From contig CALQQB010000015.1 in assembly GCA_943332615.1 (NCBI GenBank), positions 3,238-67,237 on the forward strand: DNA of 64,000 nucleotides. Reading direction: 5' to 3'. The notes under the pieces are model-generated. The model made no database searches. It had not been told where the DNA came from and saw nothing but the letters and a program-made list of their open reading frames with translations. Origin of the DNA: Phenylobacterium deserti. GTDB lineage: Bacteria > Pseudomonadota > Alphaproteobacteria > Caulobacterales > Caulobacteraceae. A program made the translations under genes and the position numbers. Below, one piece after another: positions 29,258 through 38,249 of the stretch. The stretch's first letter is position 1. Every line of letters begins with the position of its first letter.

Positions 29258-29878
29258 CTAACGCCAGCCGTAGTTGAAACTCACGCTCACCCGCTCGGTC
29301 TTCGCGCCGTTGGCGGGCACCTCGTGGCGAAGCCACGATTCCCAGAGATAGAGGGTTCCGGCCGCAGGCTGCAGGTAGACGAAGGTCTGGGCGCTCTCCG
29401 GCGCGTCAGGGCGGCGCGGCGGTGCGGCCATCATCATCGGCAGCCGCGGGTCCTCCAGCTTCAGCGCGCTCGCGCCCGGCGGGGTGGCCACATAGTAGGT
29501 GCCGGAGATGACGCTGTGCGGGTGGATGTGGCCGGAGTGGGCCGCGCCGGGCTTCAGGATGTTGACCCATAGGCTGTCCAGCCGCAGTCGCCCGCCGCCA
29601 AGGTCCAGTGCAAGGTCAGCAGCGAAGGCCTTGGCGTGGCGGTCGAGCTTGACCTTCAACTCGCCGAACACGCTCATGCGCCGGGGCAGATCGTCCAGGG
29701 AGGCATAGGATGTGTAGCCGCCATAGCGGTTGGCGCGGCACCAGGCGCGCCCTGCCTTGTCCTCATCGGCAAGGCCTTGGCAGGCGGTGAAAATCTCGGC
29801 ATTGAAATTTTCGAAGCTACGGTCCGGTGTAAGGCTGGCTTCGTAGATAGGCGTGACGAATAGCGGGCGCAGCGTCAT
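29258..29878 (-). CDS. TIGR02466-type putative 2OG-Fe(II) oxygenase
   Basis: LFVTPIY start, HSGHIHPHSVISGTYY, WESWLRHEV, SFNY tail. Confidence 0.8.
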   Translation of the reverse strand: MTLRPLFVTPIYEASLTPDRSFENFNAEIFTACQGLADEDKAGRAWCRANRYGGYTSYASLDDLPRRMSVFGELKVKLDRHAKAFAADLALDLGGGRLRLDSLWVNILKPGAAHSGHIHPHSVISGTYYVATPPGASALKLEDPRLPMMMAAPPRRPDAPESAQTFVYLQPAAGTLYLWESWLRHEVPANGAKTERVSVSFNYGWR

Positions 29879-30013
29879 GATAGGCGACTTACCTCAGCCC
29901 ATCAGTTTTTCAAAATGCCGAGGCATGTCTGGCGCTCCGCATGAACGTTGTTTAGGCTTGCTGGCAATTAAGGCCTCGCCGAATCCAGGCGGGCGCGTTG
30001 GGGGAATGAGAGC

Positions 30014-30895
30014 ATGATCAGGATTGTGGCGGCCCTGGCTGTGGCCAGCCTCGCGGTGGCCGGCCCGGCTATGGCGCAGATGAAGCCTGCCGCGAAGGCG
30101 ACGCCCGCCAAGGCTGCGGCGTCGTCCTATCGGGCGGCCCGCGGCCCCGACGGCAAGCACCCCGACCTCAACGGCGTCTGGCAGGTGATGAATTCCGCCA
30201 ACTGGGACATCGAGCCCCACGCGGCGCGCGCGGCCCTGCAGCTTCGCCCCGGCCCGTTCGTCCCGGTGCCGGCCAAGGCGGTCGTGGCCCTGGGCGCCGT
30301 GGGTGCGGTTCCGGCCGGCCTGGGCATCGTCGAAGGCGGCGAGATTCCCTACACGGCTGACGCCAAGAAGCAGCGCGACGCGAACCGGGCCGACTACCTG
30401 AACCTCGACCCCGAGGTGAAGTGCTACCTGCCGGGCGTGCCGCGCGCGAATTACATGCATCTGCCCTTCCAGGTCTTCCAGTCTGAGAAGTCTATGATCA
30501 TCGCCTACGAATACGCGGGCGCCGTGCGCAACGTGCTGTTCACCGATCCGGGCCCGGCCCCGGTCGATAGCTGGATGGGCCAGTCGGTGGCCAAGTGGGA
30601 CGGCGACACCCTGGTGGTTACGGTCACGGGCATGAGCGACCGCAGCTGGCTGGACCGCGCCGGAAACTTCCACTCCGACCAGATGACGGTCGTGGAGCGC
30701 TGGACGCCGACGGCGGCGGGCGTGGTCCGCTACGAGGCGACGATCACCGACCCGAACGTCTATACGAAGCCCTGGAAGATGAGTTTCAATCTCTACAAGC
30801 ACGTCGGCGAAGACGCGCGTCTGAACCAGTTCAAGTGCGTCGAGTTCGTCGAGGAACTGATGTACGGTGACCTGCGCAAAGAGCCACTCAAGTAG
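30014..30895 (+). CDS. secreted hypothetical protein, paralogue B of the WxGxSxGxWEGDTLVV family
   Basis: Signal MIRIVAALAVASLAVAGPAMA. Motifs PDLNGVW, VKCYLPG, WMGQSVAKWDGDTLVVTVTG, ERW, FKCVEF. Confidence 0.8.
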   Translation: MIRIVAALAVASLAVAGPAMAQMKPAAKATPAKAAASSYRAARGPDGKHPDLNGVWQVMNSANWDIEPHAARAALQLRPGPFVPVPAKAVVALGAVGAVPAGLGIVEGGEIPYTADAKKQRDANRADYLNLDPEVKCYLPGVPRANYMHLPFQVFQSEKSMIIAYEYAGAVRNVLFTDPGPAPVDSWMGQSVAKWDGDTLVVTVTGMSDRSWLDRAGNFHSDQMTVVERWTPTAAGVVRYEATITDPNVYTKPWKMSFNLYKHVGEDARLNQFKCVEFVEELMYGDLRKEPLK

Positions 30896-30956
30896 TATTC
30901 CCATTCGCCGTGGTACGGCGTGATCGAAGTCAGCATCCGGCGTTTGGAGGCGCGAG

Positions 30957-31406
30957 ATGAACAAGAAAAACCTGATGATTGCCGGGGCTCTCGGCGCGGC
31001 GTTGAGCCTCGCCGTGGCCGGCGGCGCCGCCCTGGCCCACCACGCCTTCGCCGCCGAATTCGACGGCAAGGCCCCGGTGTTGCTGCGCGGCAAGGTGACC
31101 CGCGTGGAGTGGATCAACCCGCACGCCTGGGTTCACGTCGCCAACGTCAACCCTGACGGCACGACCACCGCATGGATGGTGGAGGGCGGCACCCCCAACA
31201 CCCTGTTGCGCTCGGGCATCGACCGGAACTCACTGAAGGCCGGCCAGGAAATCATCGTCCGCGGCTATCAATCCAAGGACCGCCTCTGCCGTCCGGCCTG
31301 TAAGGCCAACGGTCGTGACGTGACCTTCCCGGATGGCAAGAAGCTGTTTATGGGCTCGTCGGGCACCGGTGCGCCGAAGGATGGATCGGACGCCACCGAG
31401 AAGTAA
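30957..31406 (+). CDS. DUF6152-like small secreted protein
   Basis: Signal ...GGAALA then HHAFAAEFD. Motifs GKVTRVEWINPHAW and WMVEGGTPN. SD TGGAGG. Confidence 0.8.
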   Translation: MNKKNLMIAGALGAALSLAVAGGAALAHHAFAAEFDGKAPVLLRGKVTRVEWINPHAWVHVANVNPDGTTTAWMVEGGTPNTLLRSGIDRNSLKAGQEIIVRGYQSKDRLCRPACKANGRDVTFPDGKKLFMGSSGTGAPKDGSDATEK

Positions 31407-31433
31407 CACTTGCCGGCCATGCCGGATGTGCAG

Positions 31434-31460
31434 AGGGGAGCCGCGAGGCTCCCCTTTTTC
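31434..31460 (+). terminator. rho-independent terminator
   Basis: AGGGGAGCC-GCGA-GGCTCCCCT followed by TTTTT, 28 nt after the stop codon. Confidence 0.7.
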
Positions 31461-31473
31461 ATTCCGGATGTGT

Positions 31474-31521
31474 GGCCCGAATTCAGGCCCGAATTCAGGC
31501 CCGAATTCAGGCCCGGATTCC
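31474..31521. repeat. 12-bp tandem repeat, 3 perfect plus 1 degenerate copy
   Basis: GGCCCGAATTCA x3 (31474-31509), then GGCCCGGATTCC. Each perfect unit carries GAATTC. Confidence 0.9.
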
Positions 31522-31673
31522 GGTGCGGAGTGCGGCCCCGGCGGCGTATCGGCGCTGGAGCGTCAGCCTGGCCGCGACGGGCAACCGGACTGGGGCGATG
31601 CTGAAACCGCAGTAACGGACCAGGGCGCTCGGGGTCGATTGAAGGGACGGTGCGGCGCCGGGCAGGGCGTGGG

Positions 31674-31904
31674 TCATTTTCGGCCGGACGACTGGATGGA
31701 GAGCAGGCTGTCCCACATGTCCTCGGCGAACCGGATGACCATGGCGTTGGCCTTGAAGGCGGTCTTGGCCTCGGTGAGGCCGACGATCCCTTCAGCGAGG
31801 TCGCCGGCGTCGCCGGCGCTCCCCTGAGCGATCTGGGTCGCGGAGGCTTCGAAGCGTTGTGAGGCCGCCATCAGGCCGTATCGGGCGGTGGCAATTGGGT
31901 CCAT
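31674..31904 (-). CDS. small FlgB/FlgC-like protein (rod N- and C-terminal segments only)
   Basis: 76 aa. MDPIATARYGLMAASQRFEASATQIA resembles a rod-protein N-terminus. DLAEGIVGLTEAKTAFKANAMVIRFAEDMWDSLLSI resembles the Flg_bbr_C pattern. Confidence 0.45.
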   Translation of the reverse strand: MDPIATARYGLMAASQRFEASATQIAQGSAGDAGDLAEGIVGLTEAKTAFKANAMVIRFAEDMWDSLLSIQSSGRK

Positions 31905-31950
31905 GTCACCCAGCCTGCTCCAACGGCGGTTAATTCACGCCTGAAAGACG

Positions 31951-31966
31951 TGGTAAATCAATTGCA
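31951..31966 (+). promoter_or_regulatory. sigma-54-type promoter (GG-N10-GC)
   Basis: TGGTAAATCAATTGCA versus consensus TGGCAC-N5-TTGCA. Lies about 120 nt upstream of the Cys-rich secreted protein gene and is embedded in the 8-bp inverted repeat AAGACGTG/CACGTCTT (31945-31972). Confidence 0.4.
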
Positions 31967-32087
31967 CGTCTTGGCGAGTACGGCAGCCACTCTGCCCAGG
32001 ACAGGCCCCGGCTGGTCGGCTTCTCGGGTTTGGGGAAGCCGGAGCCGGCGGAGTGGCGTAACCTTCCAGGTGAACGGAGCATCCCCC

Positions 32088-32438
32088 ATGCGACTTCAGA
32101 TCCTCGGCCTCGCCATAGTCCTTGGCGCCACGACCGCCGTCGCCCAGCCGCTCGGCGCCAATCCACCGACCAAGACCATCCAGTGCATCGAAGTGAGCGG
32201 CCAACTCATCCCGCCGGTCTGTGATGTGCCCGCCAGCCGGCTGGATTCCCGGGAGTACATCTGCACCTGCCCCAACGGTGGCCAACGCCTGGAGGTCGCG
32301 ATCTGCGCCAAGGGCCAGACGCCGCCGCCGGAGAGCCGGGCGCTCGACATCGCCCGTCGCCTGGGCATGAAAGACGGCAGCCTCGTGGGCGACAAGGTGG
32401 GCGACCGCGCCATCTGCGTTGCCCCGCGCAACGGGTAG
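32088..32438 (+). CDS. small secreted Cys-rich hypothetical protein
   Basis: Signal MRLQILGLAIVLGATTAVAQ; six Cys in the mature part; SD ACGGAG. Confidence 0.6.
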   Translation: MRLQILGLAIVLGATTAVAQPLGANPPTKTIQCIEVSGQLIPPVCDVPASRLDSREYICTCPNGGQRLEVAICAKGQTPPPESRALDIARRLGMKDGSLVGDKVGDRAICVAPRNG

Positions 32439-32488
32439 CCTGGAGCAAGCGGCAGCGCGGCGTTGCCGGGTGAGCGCCGTGCCTGTCC

Positions 32489-33733
32489 CTACCCCAGCGC
32501 GGCGTAGACCATCTTCTGGAAGACCGGCCCTCCGATGCGGGCGGTGGGGCGCTGGCCCTGCATGGCGGTGACGGCTTCGGGGCCGAGCGGCATGGAGTCC
32601 TGGATCAGGTAGATCAGGATCATGTCGTTGGCGGGGTCAGCCTGCCACCAGGTCCCGAAGGCGCCTGGCCAGCCGAAGGCGCCCGCCGCGCCGGCGCCCA
32701 TCCACTCGTGCTTCTCGGCATCCAGGATCATCGACAGCCCGAGGCCGAAGCCCTGGCTCAGCCAGAACGGCATGCCCATGAAGCCATGGCCCCGCTGCTC
32801 CTCGGAGAGCCGGTTGTGCATCATCGCATCGACCGTCTCGGACTTCAGCAGGCGCACGCCGCCGACCTCGCCGCGTCCCAGCAGCATTCGGGCGAAGGTC
32901 AGGTAGTCGTCGGCGCAGGAGATCAGGCCGCCACCGCCGCCTTCAAAGGCCGGGGGCGTGTCGTTTTCCGGCAGGGAGACGTCCTTCAGCGGACTGCCCT
33001 CGGGACCGACCTGATACAGGCGCGCCAGGCGCGCGCGCTTCTCCGGCGGGAGCCAGAACGCGGTATCTTTCATGCCGAGGGGACCGAAGATGCGCTCGCT
33101 CAGCACCTGGCCCAGCGGCTTGCCCTCTATCCGGGCGACCAGGAAGCCTAGGACGTCAGTGGCGTGGCTGTAGTGGAACCGCTCGCCGGGCTCATAGCTC
33201 AGCGGCAGTTCGCCCAGCGCCTTCAGCCATTGGTCGGGCGTCATCGGATTGGCCAGCGCCGAGCCCAGCTTGTTCTCATGGGCATAGGCGATCGGGCCCA
33301 TGGACGTGAACCCATAGGCGAGACCCGCGCGGTGGGTCATCAGGTCCTCGACAGTGATGTCGCGCACCGCGGACTTCGTCTTGTCCAGGGAGCCGGCGGC
33401 CTCCTGCAGGACCAGCATCCCTGAAAGTTCCGGAATCCATCTGGTCACCGGATCGTCCAGCTTCAGCTTGCCTTCCTCGACCAGCATCATGATGGCGACA
33501 GAGGTCACCGGCTTGGTCATCGAGGCGATGCGGAAGAGCGTGTCGCGCTCCATGGGCAGGCTCTTGGCCACGTCGCGCTGGCCCAGGGTGTTGAGTTGCG
33601 CCACCTCGCCCTTGCGCCAGACCAAAGTGACCGCGCCGGACAGCACGCCGGTGTTAATCAGTTCCTGCAAGGCGCCCGGCACTTGGCCGAGTGCATCCGC
33701 CTTGAAGCCTGACGGCGCTTGAGCCCCATCCAT
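32489..33733 (-). CDS. serine hydrolase, beta-lactamase/EstB-like family
   Basis: S-x-x-K motif SMTKPVTS; 414 aa. Confidence 0.85.
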   Translation of the reverse strand: MDGAQAPSGFKADALGQVPGALQELINTGVLSGAVTLVWRKGEVAQLNTLGQRDVAKSLPMERDTLFRIASMTKPVTSVAIMMLVEEGKLKLDDPVTRWIPELSGMLVLQEAAGSLDKTKSAVRDITVEDLMTHRAGLAYGFTSMGPIAYAHENKLGSALANPMTPDQWLKALGELPLSYEPGERFHYSHATDVLGFLVARIEGKPLGQVLSERIFGPLGMKDTAFWLPPEKRARLARLYQVGPEGSPLKDVSLPENDTPPAFEGGGGGLISCADDYLTFARMLLGRGEVGGVRLLKSETVDAMMHNRLSEEQRGHGFMGMPFWLSQGFGLGLSMILDAEKHEWMGAGAAGAFGWPGAFGTWWQADPANDMILIYLIQDSMPLGPEAVTAMQGQRPTARIGGPVFQKMVYAALG

Positions 33734-33901
33734 CGCGCATCTCCCTTACCGTTGTTCACCCACGAAAGACGGGCGGACGGGGCGGGTCAAGGGATTCAGG
33801 CGCCAAACATCCGTCCAGCCGGGGCGGACGTAGACCATTCGGGGACCTATCGAGCGCCCGGAAGGTTGCGCCCACCGCCCTGCGTTCGTAATTGGAGCCC
33901 G

Positions 33902-34768
33902 ATGCCAATCACCGTCACCAAGCGCCTGACGCTCGCGGGCCTGGGCGCCGCGCTTGCCAGTGCGTGCTCACCCCTGACCATGTTCGCGACCCTGTCGCCG
34001 AAGGACCCTGCCACCGTGGTCGCCAGGGGCGAGGCCTATGGCCCCAATCCCCGCCAGCGGCTGGACGTCTATGCGCCGCGCGGCGCGAAGGGCGAGGCGC
34101 CGCTGGCGGTGTTCTTCTATGGGGGATCGTGGGATTCCGGTCGCCGGCAGGACTATAACTGGGTCGGGCGCGCCCTGGCCTCCCGCGGCTTCGTCACCGT
34201 CATCGCCGACTACCGCCTTTATCCCGAGGTCAAGTACCCGGCGTTCCTGGACGACAGTGCGCTGGCCGTCCGCTGGGCCGCCGACAACGCCGCCCGGTTC
34301 GGCGGCGACCCGACCCGCATCGTGCTCGCGGGCCATTCGGCCGGCGCCTACAATGCCGCCATGCTGGCGCTGGATGGTCGCTACCTGAGGGCGGCCGGCG
34401 TCGATCCCGCGCGGGTCAGGGCGCTGGCGGGGCTCTCTGGGCCCTATGATTTCCTGCCGCTGCAAGGCAACATCACCCACCGAATTTTCGGCGACACCGC
34501 AGACCTGCCGGGCACCCAGCCCGCCGCCTATGTGACCGCCGCCTCTCCGCCCGCCTTCCTGGCCACCGGCGATTCTGACGACATGGTGTGGCCGAAGAAC
34601 ACCGTGGCCCTGGCCCGCGCGCTGCGTTCGGCCGGGGTGGAGGTCGAGGAGCGGCACTATCCGCAGGTAGACCACATCAGCATGGTCCTGGCCCTGTCGC
34701 GGCCGCTCCGGGGCCGTGCGCCGGTGCTGGACGAGATGACGGAGTTCCTACGGCGCCACGCGGCCTAG
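33902..34768 (+). CDS. alpha/beta hydrolase (esterase/lipase), lipoprotein signal
   Basis: LGAALASAC lipobox, FFYGGSW oxyanion motif, GHSAGA nucleophile elbow. Confidence 0.85.
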   Translation: MPITVTKRLTLAGLGAALASACSPLTMFATLSPKDPATVVARGEAYGPNPRQRLDVYAPRGAKGEAPLAVFFYGGSWDSGRRQDYNWVGRALASRGFVTVIADYRLYPEVKYPAFLDDSALAVRWAADNAARFGGDPTRIVLAGHSAGAYNAAMLALDGRYLRAAGVDPARVRALAGLSGPYDFLPLQGNITHRIFGDTADLPGTQPAAYVTAASPPAFLATGDSDDMVWPKNTVALARALRSAGVEVEERHYPQVDHISMVLALSRPLRGRAPVLDEMTEFLRRHAA

Positions 34769-34873
34769 CACGCTTGTGACCCAGCGTCACAGATCTCTCT
34801 GCCGCCGTATTGAACGCACATTTCGGTCGGCGTATCGGCCGCTCCACAATGCTGGACGAGGAAGCTCGCACCC

Positions 34874-35230
34874 ATGCTGCTGACCCTGCTGAAGGCCAAG
34901 CTGCACCGCGCCACGGTGACCCAGGCCGACCTGGACTATGAGGGCTCCATCGCCATCGACCGGGACCTGCTGGACGCCTCCGGCATCTTGCCGCACGAAC
35001 AGGTGGACGTGCTGAACATCACGAACGGTCAGCGCTTCACCACCTATGCCATTGAGGCGCCGCGCGGTTCGCGTGTGATCGGCGTCAATGGCGCCGCCGC
35101 GCGCCTGGTGCAGAAGGGCGACAAGGTGATCATCGTCACCTATGGGATATTGCCGGCCGTGAAGGCCCGCAACTATTCGCCGACCGTGGTGCTGCTGGAT
35201 GATGGCAACGAAATCAAAATCGCCGCTTAG
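34874..35230 (+). CDS. panD: aspartate 1-decarboxylase
   Basis: [29 protein letters not shown] with the Gly-Ser self-processing site; 118 aa. Confidence 0.97.
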   Translation: MLLTLLKAKLHRATVTQADLDYEGSIAIDRDLLDASGILPHEQVDVLNITNGQRFTTYAIEAPRGSRVIGVNGAAARLVQKGDKVIIVTYGILPAVKARNYSPTVVLLDDGNEIKIAA

Positions 35231-35678
35231 GGCCCTGGCTGCGGCGGGCGCCCTCGCTGTGTCGGCATGCTCGCCGGGTGGGCCACCCGGCGTAGACCGT
35301 CACGAGCTCGATGCTCAGGTATCCCGCGCCATCGGCGACCCCAGCACCTGCGTGCTGATCGCCCGGGGCGGCTCCGGCCAGGTGCTCTACCGCTACAACT
35401 CCGCCACCGCGTGCGACCGCGAGCTGCCGGCCTGCCAGGGACCGGGCAATACCAAGGTCGGGGGCCTGCTGGAGGCGACTGCCAAGGACCGCCAGCCGCG
35501 CGCGCGCAGCTGCACCTCCGCCGCCGCCGCCTCGCGCGGGGTGGGCTGGGCCTCCGGCCCGATCGCCGGCACCGACATGGTCTATGCCGCGATGATGGAG
35601 GGAGACCGGGCCTTTCCCGGCCGGATGATGGCCGATCGCCTTTCCGGGGCCTTCCGGCGCGCCAAGCTCAGCAAGTAG
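35199..35678 (+). CDS. hypothetical lipoprotein
   Basis: [24 protein letters not shown] lipobox. The start overlaps the last 32 nt of panD in another frame. Confidence 0.6.
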   Translation: MMATKSKSPLRALAAAGALAVSACSPGGPPGVDRHELDAQVSRAIGDPSTCVLIARGGSGQVLYRYNSATACDRELPACQGPGNTKVGGLLEATAKDRQPRARSCTSAAAASRGVGWASGPIAGTDMVYAAMMEGDRAFPGRMMADRLSGAFRRAKLSK

Positions 35679-35757
35679 GCCTTCGTCGCGCGGCGGGCTT
35701 GCGCCCTCCGCGTTGCCCATGGCTGATAGCGGCTCCGGCGACCTGGGAGCGACCGCC

Positions 35758-36789
35758 ATGACCACCGCGATCCTGGAGCACGTGGCCAAGAGCCCGCGCC
35801 ACACGACCTTCTACCTGGCGGCGGGGCCCGAGGCGGCGACGCCGATGATCTTCGTACACGGCTGGCCGGAGCTGTCGATCTCGTGGCGCCACCAGCTGCC
35901 GGTGTTCGCCGGCCTGGGCCTGAGGGCTGTCGCCCCCGACATGCGCGGCTACGGCCGATCCAGCGTCTACGGCCGGCACGAGGATTATGCCCAGCAAGAG
36001 ATCGTCGCCGACATGATCGAGCTGCTGGATCACCTGGGCGCCGAGAAGGCGATCTGGGTCGGGCACGACTGGGGCGCGCCGGTGGTCTGGTCGCTGGCCC
36101 AGCAGCATCCGGAGCGCTGCCACGGTGTGGCGACCCTGTGCGTCCCCTACATCCCGCAAGGGTTCGCGCCCGAGTCGATCATCCCATTGGCCGACCGCGC
36201 GATCTATCCGGAGGCGACGCTCCCCGCCGCCCAGTGGGACTACATGATGTTCTACCGGGAGAACTTCGCGGCCGCCTGCGCCGGCTTCGATGGCGACGTC
36301 CGGGCCACGGTGAAGCTGCTGTTCCGCGCCGGGTCGGCGGCCGGCAAGGGCCAGCCTGCGGCGACGGCCTTCCCGCGCGCCAACGGCGGCTGGTTCGGCC
36401 CCGGCGGCAAGGCGCCGGACATGCCGCGCGACGAGACCGTGCTGACCCAACAAGACGAGAACCGCTACACCGCCGCCCTCGAGGCTAACGGCTTCTTCGG
36501 CCCCGACAGCTGGTACATGAACGGCCCGGCCAACATGGCCTATGCCGCCAGCGCGTCCGGCGGCGGGCGCCTCGCGATGCCGGCGCTCTTCGTCCACGCC
36601 GCCTATGACTATGTCTGCGAGACCCTGGATTCGCGGTTGGCCGATCCGATGCGCGCCCACTGCGCCGACCTTACCGAGGCCATCGTCGAGTCCGGCCACT
36701 GGATGGCGCAGGAAAAGCCCGCCGAGGTCAACGCCGCGCTCGCCAAGTGGCTGGCGGCGCGACTTCCGGACCTGTGGCCCAGGCGTTGA
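35758..36789 (+). CDS. alpha/beta hydrolase, epoxide-hydrolase-like
   Basis: FVHGWPE, GHDWGAPVVW, C-terminal SGHWMAQEKP. Confidence 0.85.
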   Translation: MTTAILEHVAKSPRHTTFYLAAGPEAATPMIFVHGWPELSISWRHQLPVFAGLGLRAVAPDMRGYGRSSVYGRHEDYAQQEIVADMIELLDHLGAEKAIWVGHDWGAPVVWSLAQQHPERCHGVATLCVPYIPQGFAPESIIPLADRAIYPEATLPAAQWDYMMFYRENFAAACAGFDGDVRATVKLLFRAGSAAGKGQPAATAFPRANGGWFGPGGKAPDMPRDETVLTQQDENRYTAALEANGFFGPDSWYMNGPANMAYAASASGGGRLAMPALFVHAAYDYVCETLDSRLADPMRAHCADLTEAIVESGHWMAQEKPAEVNAALAKWLAARLPDLWPRR

Positions 36790-36792
36790 GCT

Positions 36793-37530
36793 CTATTTCG
36801 TCACCTCGTAGAGCCCGGTGATGTCGATCCGCACGTTCAATTCGCCGCTGGCGACGGGGGTCGAGTCCTTGAACTGGGCGCGTCCGGCCATGGCCAGCAT
36901 CGGCGGCTGAGGCACATAGCCGCCGCCTTCGCTGAGCGTAACCAGGCGCGAGACACGGTAGCCGGTAGCTCGCGCATAGAGATCGGCCTTGGCGCTCAGG
37001 GCCTTTACGGCCGCCTCGCGGGCGGCGTTCTCGGCCGCCGTCGGGTCGGAAAGGCCGAAGCTGATCCCGTTCACCTGGTTGGCGCCGGCATTCACGGTGG
37101 CGTCCACCGCCGCGCCCAGCTTCTTCAGGTCGCGCACCGTCACGGTGACCTGGTTGGTCACCTGATAGCCGATCAGCACCGGCGGCTGGTTCTCCACATA
37201 GCGGTACTGCGGGTTGAGGGTCAGGCCGGAGGTCTGGATATCCCTCTCGGCGATCCCGGCTTTCCTCAGGCTGGCCATCACCGCGGTCATCCGCGTGGCG
37301 TTGGCGGCCAGCGCCTCGGCGGCGGTCTTGCCCTCGGTCATCACGCCCAGGCTGCTACTGGCCATGTCGGGCGCGATCCGGGTCTCGCCAGAGGCCGACA
37401 GGTTGAAGGTGGTGGCGCGGAACATGGTGTCCGCGGCCGTGGCGCCGGGCGCCTGGGCCATGCCAGGGACGGCGGCCGTGGCGGTGGTGAGCGCCACGCC
37501 AAGGACAGCTGCGCGCATCAGGGTCTTCAT
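36793..37530 (-). CDS. SIMPL (DUF541) domain periplasmic protein
   Basis: Signal MKTLMRAAVLGVALTTATA. The body is typical of 26-kDa periplasmic immunogenic protein homologues. Confidence 0.85.
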   Translation of the reverse strand: MKTLMRAAVLGVALTTATAAVPGMAQAPGATAADTMFRATTFNLSASGETRIAPDMASSSLGVMTEGKTAAEALAANATRMTAVMASLRKAGIAERDIQTSGLTLNPQYRYVENQPPVLIGYQVTNQVTVTVRDLKKLGAAVDATVNAGANQVNGISFGLSDPTAAENAAREAAVKALSAKADLYARATGYRVSRLVTLSEGGGYVPQPPMLAMAGRAQFKDSTPVASGELNVRIDITGLYEVTK

Positions 37531-37641
37531 CGAAAGCTCCAGTCCACAGCGGTGGGGTGACAGCAGGGTCGCAATTCCCACCTGAACGTAAGCTTTAAGC
37601 GCCGTGCAGCCCATGGTAACGCGCGGGGGCTGTCGCTGCAG

Positions 37642-37717
37642 GGGCCTGTAGCTCAATGGTTAGAGCCGACCGCTCATAACGGTCTGGTTGCAGGTTCGAG
37701 TCCTGCCGGGCCCACCA
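37642..37717 (+). tRNA. tRNA with CAU anticodon (elongator Met or lysidine-modified Ile2)
   Basis: Hand-folded cloverleaf: 7-bp acceptor stem (one G-U), D arm GCTC/GAGC, anticodon stem GACCG/CGGTC with loop CTCATAA, T arm GCAGG-TTCGAGT-CCTGC, encoded CCA. It lacks initiator features. Confidence 0.9.
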
Positions 37718-37882
37718 GCAGCGCTTCCGAGAGCATCCCAGGACGACCAAAGCCTAGAAATAAATATCATAAAAACAGTAATATAGAGTCCAATCACGTC
37801 CCAGGTCATCCTGGGGTATCCCTGTAGGCGGTTGGCACTTTAGGCACCTGATGCCAACAGGCTTCAGGAATATGCCAACAGC

Positions 37883-38249
37883 ATGGCCCTGTCAGACGCA
37901 AAGCTCCGCACACTCAAGCCGGGCGCGAAACCGATAGAGCTCGCCGACTCGGGTGGCCTGATGGTGGTGGTGACGGCCAACGGCTCGCGATTGTGGCGGC
38001 TAGCCTACCGCTTCAACGGCAAGCAGAAGCAACTCGCGCTGGGGCAGTAGCCGCTTGTCTCCCTGGCTGATGCTGGAGACCCACGCGACGCTGCGAAGAA
38101 GCAACTGATCGCAGGCGTAGATCCATCTGAAGCGCGGAAATCGGACAAGCGCCGCGAACAAATAGCAGCCGGCCACACGTTCAGATCCGTCGTAGATGAG
38201 CGGTTCGAGAATCAAACGGAGCATTGGGTTGAGAGCTCACATCTAGGCC
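37883..38249 (+). pseudogene. phage-type tyrosine integrase, N-terminal remnant with in-frame TAG
   Basis: MALSDAKLRTLKPGAKPIELADSGGLMVVVTANGSRLWRLAYRFNGKQKQLALGQ*PLVSLADA... is an Arm/DUF4102-type N-terminus. TAG at 38048-38050 sits where Tyr is usual. The catalytic domain is absent. Low-GC leader with three TGCCAAC motifs. Confidence 0.8.

Noticed and set aside
31474-31521. Possible CRISPR array
   Set aside because: The units are 12 bp and directly abutting with no spacers. No cas genes are present anywhere in the window.
34775-34791. TGTGAC-N5-GTCACA palindrome upstream of panD, CRP-like at first glance
   Set aside because: Read as TGTGA-N7-TCACA, the spacing is one nt longer than the CRP consensus (N6). 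It could simply be a small hairpin after the esterase gene. There is no supporting context.
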